The translations under genes and the position numbers were made by a program. The notes beneath the pieces are model-generated. The model saw only the letters and a list, made by a program, of their open reading frames with translations. It was not told the origin of the DNA and made no database searches. This document shows, piece after piece, positions 60,829-64,000 of a stretch of 64,000 nt of DNA; positions within the stretch are counted from its first letter, which is position 1; each line of letters starts with the position of its first letter. This stretch comes from Pseudomonas phage vB_Paer_PsCh. Where the stretch lies: sequence record OM870969.1. One strand, 5' to 3'.

Positions 60829-61095
60829 ATGTCGATTCTAGCTCTAACCCTAACCCTTTGCTCTGCTGTCCAGTGTGACGACTACATTATCGATCACGCG
60901 CTCCCGGGACAAGCCGCAGAGTGCAATGCTCGGCTAGTGGAAGAGGCCGATGAGTTCGGTGATGCTTGGGTGGCGACTAATGCCGATACCCGCCTGACCC
61001 GATACCTTAGCCGATTCAATATTCAGGTTGACCCGCGCTTTGTTTTCGATTACGATTTCACCTGTCAACTGATCGCAGAGGATGAACTGCCATGA
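60829..61095 (+). CDS. hypothetical protein
   Basis: 88-aa ORF. Confidence 0.4.
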   Translation: MSILALTLTLCSAVQCDDYIIDHALPGQAAECNARLVEEADEFGDAWVATNADTRLTRYLSRFNIQVDPRFVFDYDFTCQLIAEDELP

Positions 61096-61484
61096 TCGCT
61101 CCACATATCACCAATAAACAATCGCAGCAACGCGCCGCCATCATCATTCGCCGAGTGAAATACTACGAAAGCCGCTGGCTGCGCACGGTGACTTTCTTCG
61201 TAGGAGAGTGCAGCGAGAATATAACCGAACGTTTCGCCTATCTGCGGCACGCCGAGGAGCAAATGACCAAGCTGAAGGCTGAGTTTGCAGCCTTCCCGGT
61301 AGAGCATCGGTTGAAGGCTCTCGGTTGGATCAACTGGAATACCTACAATGATGGCCTACTAGAGGAGTGGATTCACCCGGACAGTGACCGAGCCATCATG
61401 CTAGAGTATGACAGCACAACTTGGCGGCCAGAGGCTTGCTGGGAAACCAAGGTTGACTCACTCTCGAAACTAGCAATGCTGTAA
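61092..61484 (+). CDS. hypothetical protein
   Basis: 130-aa ORF with an ATGA overlap. Confidence 0.45.
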   Translation: MIAPHITNKQSQQRAAIIIRRVKYYESRWLRTVTFFVGECSENITERFAYLRHAEEQMTKLKAEFAAFPVEHRLKALGWINWNTYNDGLLEEWIHPDSDRAIMLEYDSTTWRPEACWETKVDSLSKLAML

Positions 61485-61487
61485 AAT

Positions 61488-61545
61488 AATGCCCGTCAGG
61501 CTGAAATAATGCTTGACGGGCGTTTTTGTACCTGTAGAATAGGCC
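61488..61545 (+). promoter_or_regulatory. composite terminator-promoter element
   Basis: Hairpin GCCCGTCAG-GCTGAAATAATGC-TTGACGGGC followed by GTTTTTGT. The descending arm contains the -35 TTGACG of a 16-nt-spaced TAGAAT promoter. Confidence 0.5.
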
Positions 61546-61598
61546 TCAAGAAAGGAAAACAGCCGAAAGGCTCAATCTGAAACCCGGAGATCGATAAA

Positions 61599-62183
61599 AT
61601 GCTGCTAGTTCATGGGACCACTGCAAAAGGCCTGAAAGCTATCATGAACCGTCAAGGCAAGGAAGGATTGGCCGCACCTTGGGACGTTTCGGATCATGAT
61701 GGAATGTCATACTTTTACAACGTGAACAAGGCTATGGAATGGCACGATGAAGAAGAGTATGCTAAAGCGGAATGCATTATCCGTTGCCTAGAACAGGCTC
61801 AATTACAGCAAGCTATGATGGCCGAAGGCGGTAAAATCTACGCTCTGGTTGTCGATATCCCCGAAGAGTTTCAGGACCGCGTAGAAGATGATTATTCGTG
61901 CCCTAACGCCAGTAATGAAGCTAGCTGTTTTCCAGAGGATAACTTTGATCCATCATGGATTGTAGAAGTGTATGAGGCAGAGGTGAGTGTATGGGCCATC
62001 CCTTTCATCGTAGCTGGAATCTCAGGTAATTCTATGTTCCAATCCCACCAACTACCTGACAAACTGGTGGCGATAGCGGAGTCGGTGGCACGGTCCAGTG
62101 ACATAGACACATACGAAGCTTTCGAGATAGACCATTCACAGGTGGAGCTGTCAATTCTCGAACATTTCAAAGATAACGCTTGA
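61599..62183 (+). CDS. hypothetical protein
   Basis: 194-aa acidic ORF, RBS GGAGA. Confidence 0.5.
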   Translation: MLLVHGTTAKGLKAIMNRQGKEGLAAPWDVSDHDGMSYFYNVNKAMEWHDEEEYAKAECIIRCLEQAQLQQAMMAEGGKIYALVVDIPEEFQDRVEDDYSCPNASNEASCFPEDNFDPSWIVEVYEAEVSVWAIPFIVAGISGNSMFQSHQLPDKLVAIAESVARSSDIDTYEAFEIDHSQVELSILEHFKDNA

Positions 62184-62207
62184 CAGTCTAGCCACCTAGC
62201 GTAGAAT
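62180..62207 (+). promoter_or_regulatory. early promoter (degenerate copy)
   Basis: TTGACAGTCTAGCCACCTAGCGTAGAATGCCTAGCC. Confidence 0.5.
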
Positions 62208-62254
62208 GCCTAGCCAAGGGGTGCATAAGCGCCCCACTCAAAAGGATACAGAAA

Positions 62255-62500
62255 ATGGCCATCGTTGATCGAACCGCAGGTAATGAAAGCCCGAATCACT
62301 GCTACATCGTCACTGGTAGCATTGGACCAGAGTTTGAGCCGACTCTGTTCACTACCCATGCGCTGGCAAAGAAGTATGCTGAGCAGATAGTGAAATACGG
62401 CAAGGCAAATGATGTTTTCCCGCCTTTTACGCCTGTTATCGAGACTCGCCACAAGGCGGATATGCATCGGTTCACCATTCACAACAAAATCCCCGAATAG
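62255..62500 (+). CDS. hypothetical protein
   Basis: 81-aa ORF. Confidence 0.45.
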   Translation: MAIVDRTAGNESPNHCYIVTGSIGPEFEPTLFTTHALAKKYAEQIVKYGKANDVFPPFTPVIETRHKADMHRFTIHNKIPE

Positions 62501-62511
62501 GAGACGTATCT

Positions 62512-62841
62512 ATGAAACTTTCTGAAATTTTCCAAAAAGGCCTGAACTATGCAATTGAGTACGGAATGCCGTGGTATATGTGCATCCGTCTCCGGGAGAT
62601 TCATTTGTTCCCCTCGCCCGTTGAAATGGCAGTTAACTCGGTCATGATGTCTGCCGGTATCTCATCAACCCCAGAGGGATGCGAATTCGCCGGCGTTGAT
62701 GACTATTTCGAGGAAAGCGGCCTAGCAGCCGCATACAAAATGAACAATCAGGAAATGTCCGAATACGGGCGCTCATCCTACGCAATGTGGGTGCAATTTT
62801 GGTTCTTCGTAATCTTTGACTTAGCCCGAAAAGGGCAGTAG
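62512..62841 (+). CDS. hypothetical protein
   Basis: 109 aa, RBS AGGAGA. Confidence 0.45.
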   Translation: MKLSEIFQKGLNYAIEYGMPWYMCIRLREIHLFPSPVEMAVNSVMMSAGISSTPEGCEFAGVDDYFEESGLAAAYKMNNQEMSEYGRSSYAMWVQFWFFVIFDLARKGQ

Positions 62842-62876
62842 AATAGCCGGCAGATAATGTGATCTAAGGGACGATC

Positions 62877-63338
62877 ATGAAAGACAAGACTGTAGTTTAT
62901 CGAATCGAGTGCAAGAACGGCGAGGGCCCTTATGTTAACGGGTGCATGACGAATTCGTCTTCCACTCCAGAGCGGCCTGTCCCTGAGCATGACGGGATAC
63001 CAGATGTTCGCTATTTTGAGTTCTTCGCCTTCACGTCCCCTAGGCAGCTAGACGATTGGTTTGGCGATGAATACGATGTGCTGTCCTTCTATTCTACCGC
63101 ACGGATCAGAGTCTATGAGGTAGACAAGCAACATGTAAGAGTCGGCATCCGGCAATGTGTATTCCGCAAGGCGGAAGCTGATTGCGTCCAAGAGGTGAGC
63201 ATAGACCAATGGGTTAGCATGGTACGCGCCGGACTATTGTCCGCCTCGGTCACACAAACTGTAGCTCCACGTCCTACCGAGCAATTGTCCCTAGACCTAG
63301 GGATGACTCGGCCTGCGAAGCTTCGAAAGAAATTTTGA
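62877..63338 (+). CDS. hypothetical protein
   Basis: 153-aa ORF. Confidence 0.45.
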   Translation: MKDKTVVYRIECKNGEGPYVNGCMTNSSSTPERPVPEHDGIPDVRYFEFFAFTSPRQLDDWFGDEYDVLSFYSTARIRVYEVDKQHVRVGIRQCVFRKAEADCVQEVSIDQWVSMVRAGLLSASVTQTVAPRPTEQLSLDLGMTRPAKLRKKF

Positions 63339-63357
63339 AAATGTTCGGTCTGTAGGG

Positions 63358-63385
63358 TTGACAGCTTGGGCCATTCGCGTAGAAT
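63358..63385 (+). promoter_or_regulatory. repeated early promoter element copy 4
   Basis: TTGACAGCTTGGGCCATTCGCGTAGAATGGCCCTCAAGCAAGACAAACC. Confidence 0.55.
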
Positions 63386-63441
63386 GGCCCTCAAGCAAGA
63401 CAAACCGCCGGCAGGCAAAACCACAAACCCGGAGACTCACC

Positions 63442-63969
63442 ATGAACAAGCCAATGAACACTTTCGCATACGCCCACTACGTCGCCCGCATGGACAAGGC
63501 CTCTGGCACTAGCCTGCCCTACGCCACCCTGTTCCGCATCGCCCTGCGTAACGCCTACCGCAAGCCGGGTGTCCGCCAGTACGATTGTGCAGCACTCGTC
63601 GAGGATATCAAAGCGCGTGAACTGGTCCAAAAGCGCATTCGGGCTGAAAAAGCAGTAGTGATGGCGGCAGTAATGCGTGCAATCCGTACCGGCTTCACCG
63701 TGAGCGTGAAGGATGGCAGCGACGGTGAATGGGTAGTGAAGAAGTCTACCGATATCAAGGAAATCTCTGACAGCCTACAATCGACCGATGAGGATATCAT
63801 CCGCTTCCGCAAGGGTGACGGCCCGGACAACATCGTCGGCTCTATGTGGGCAATCTACGGTAACAGCGCTGGCGAAGTGATCGCCGACTGGACCGAAAAC
63901 GCCACCATGGCCATGATTATGGCTCCCGCAGAACGCAAGATGGAAAAATACGCTGAATTAGGTATCTAA
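63442..63969 (+). CDS. hypothetical protein
   Basis: 175 aa from ATG 63442 (RBS GGAGA). Followed by a GGGGCCC..GGGCCCC hairpin containing another TTGACG at the window end. Confidence 0.45.
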   Translation: MNKPMNTFAYAHYVARMDKASGTSLPYATLFRIALRNAYRKPGVRQYDCAALVEDIKARELVQKRIRAEKAVVMAAVMRAIRTGFTVSVKDGSDGEWVVKKSTDIKEISDSLQSTDEDIIRFRKGDGPDNIVGSMWAIYGNSAGEVIADWTENATMAMIMAPAERKMEKYAELGI

Positions 63970-64000
63970 TGCTTGACGGGGCCCGAAAAGGGCCCCATAA

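Noticed and set aside
1-64000. CRISPR arrays, integrase/attP and transposase genes
   Set aside because: No regularly spaced identical repeats with unique spacers and no tyrosine/serine recombinase or transposase motifs were seen. The direct repeats at 54.5-54.8 kb are iteron-like, not CRISPR-like.

Overview
Virulent-type tailed phage genome segment of about 64 kb with no integrase or repressor module visible. Roughly the first 25 kb is a rightward late operon: large terminase, portal, scaffold, a lambda gpD-like protein, a lambda gpE-like major capsid, four neck proteins, a contractile tail (sheath, three tandem tube paralogs, a chaperone with a predicted -1 frameshift, tape measure), a Mu/P2-like baseplate (hub, gpV-like spike, gp25/W, J, I), two tail fibers flanking a Tfa-like chaperone, and a lysis cassette (DUF3380-type muramidase, holin, overlapped spanins). 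A bidirectional terminator at 25090-25127 separates this from a small leftward island at 25134-28278 that carries a MazG-like pyrophosphatase and a DraRnl/Rnl5-type RNA ligase. From 28.5 kb onward the rightward early/middle region is driven by many sigma70-consensus promoters and encodes T7-like replication (gp4-like primase-helicase, family A DNA polymerase, gp6-like 5'-3' exonuclease, SSB ending in DDDIPF), an HNH nuclease, a HAD phosphatase, a metallophosphatase, ThyX, RNR alpha/beta, and dozens of small early ORFs. The last 11 kb is a promoter-dense early region with a roughly 40-bp promoter/operator-like element repeated at least four times and a roughly 1-kb non-coding hub (54.2-55.2 kb) of phased direct repeats. 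The candidates I judge most interesting are the leftward RNA-ligase/MazG island together with the separately transcribed, rightward HAD phosphatase as a putative RNA-repair counter-defence set, the repeated palindromic promoter element, the iteron hub, and the tandem tube paralogs.
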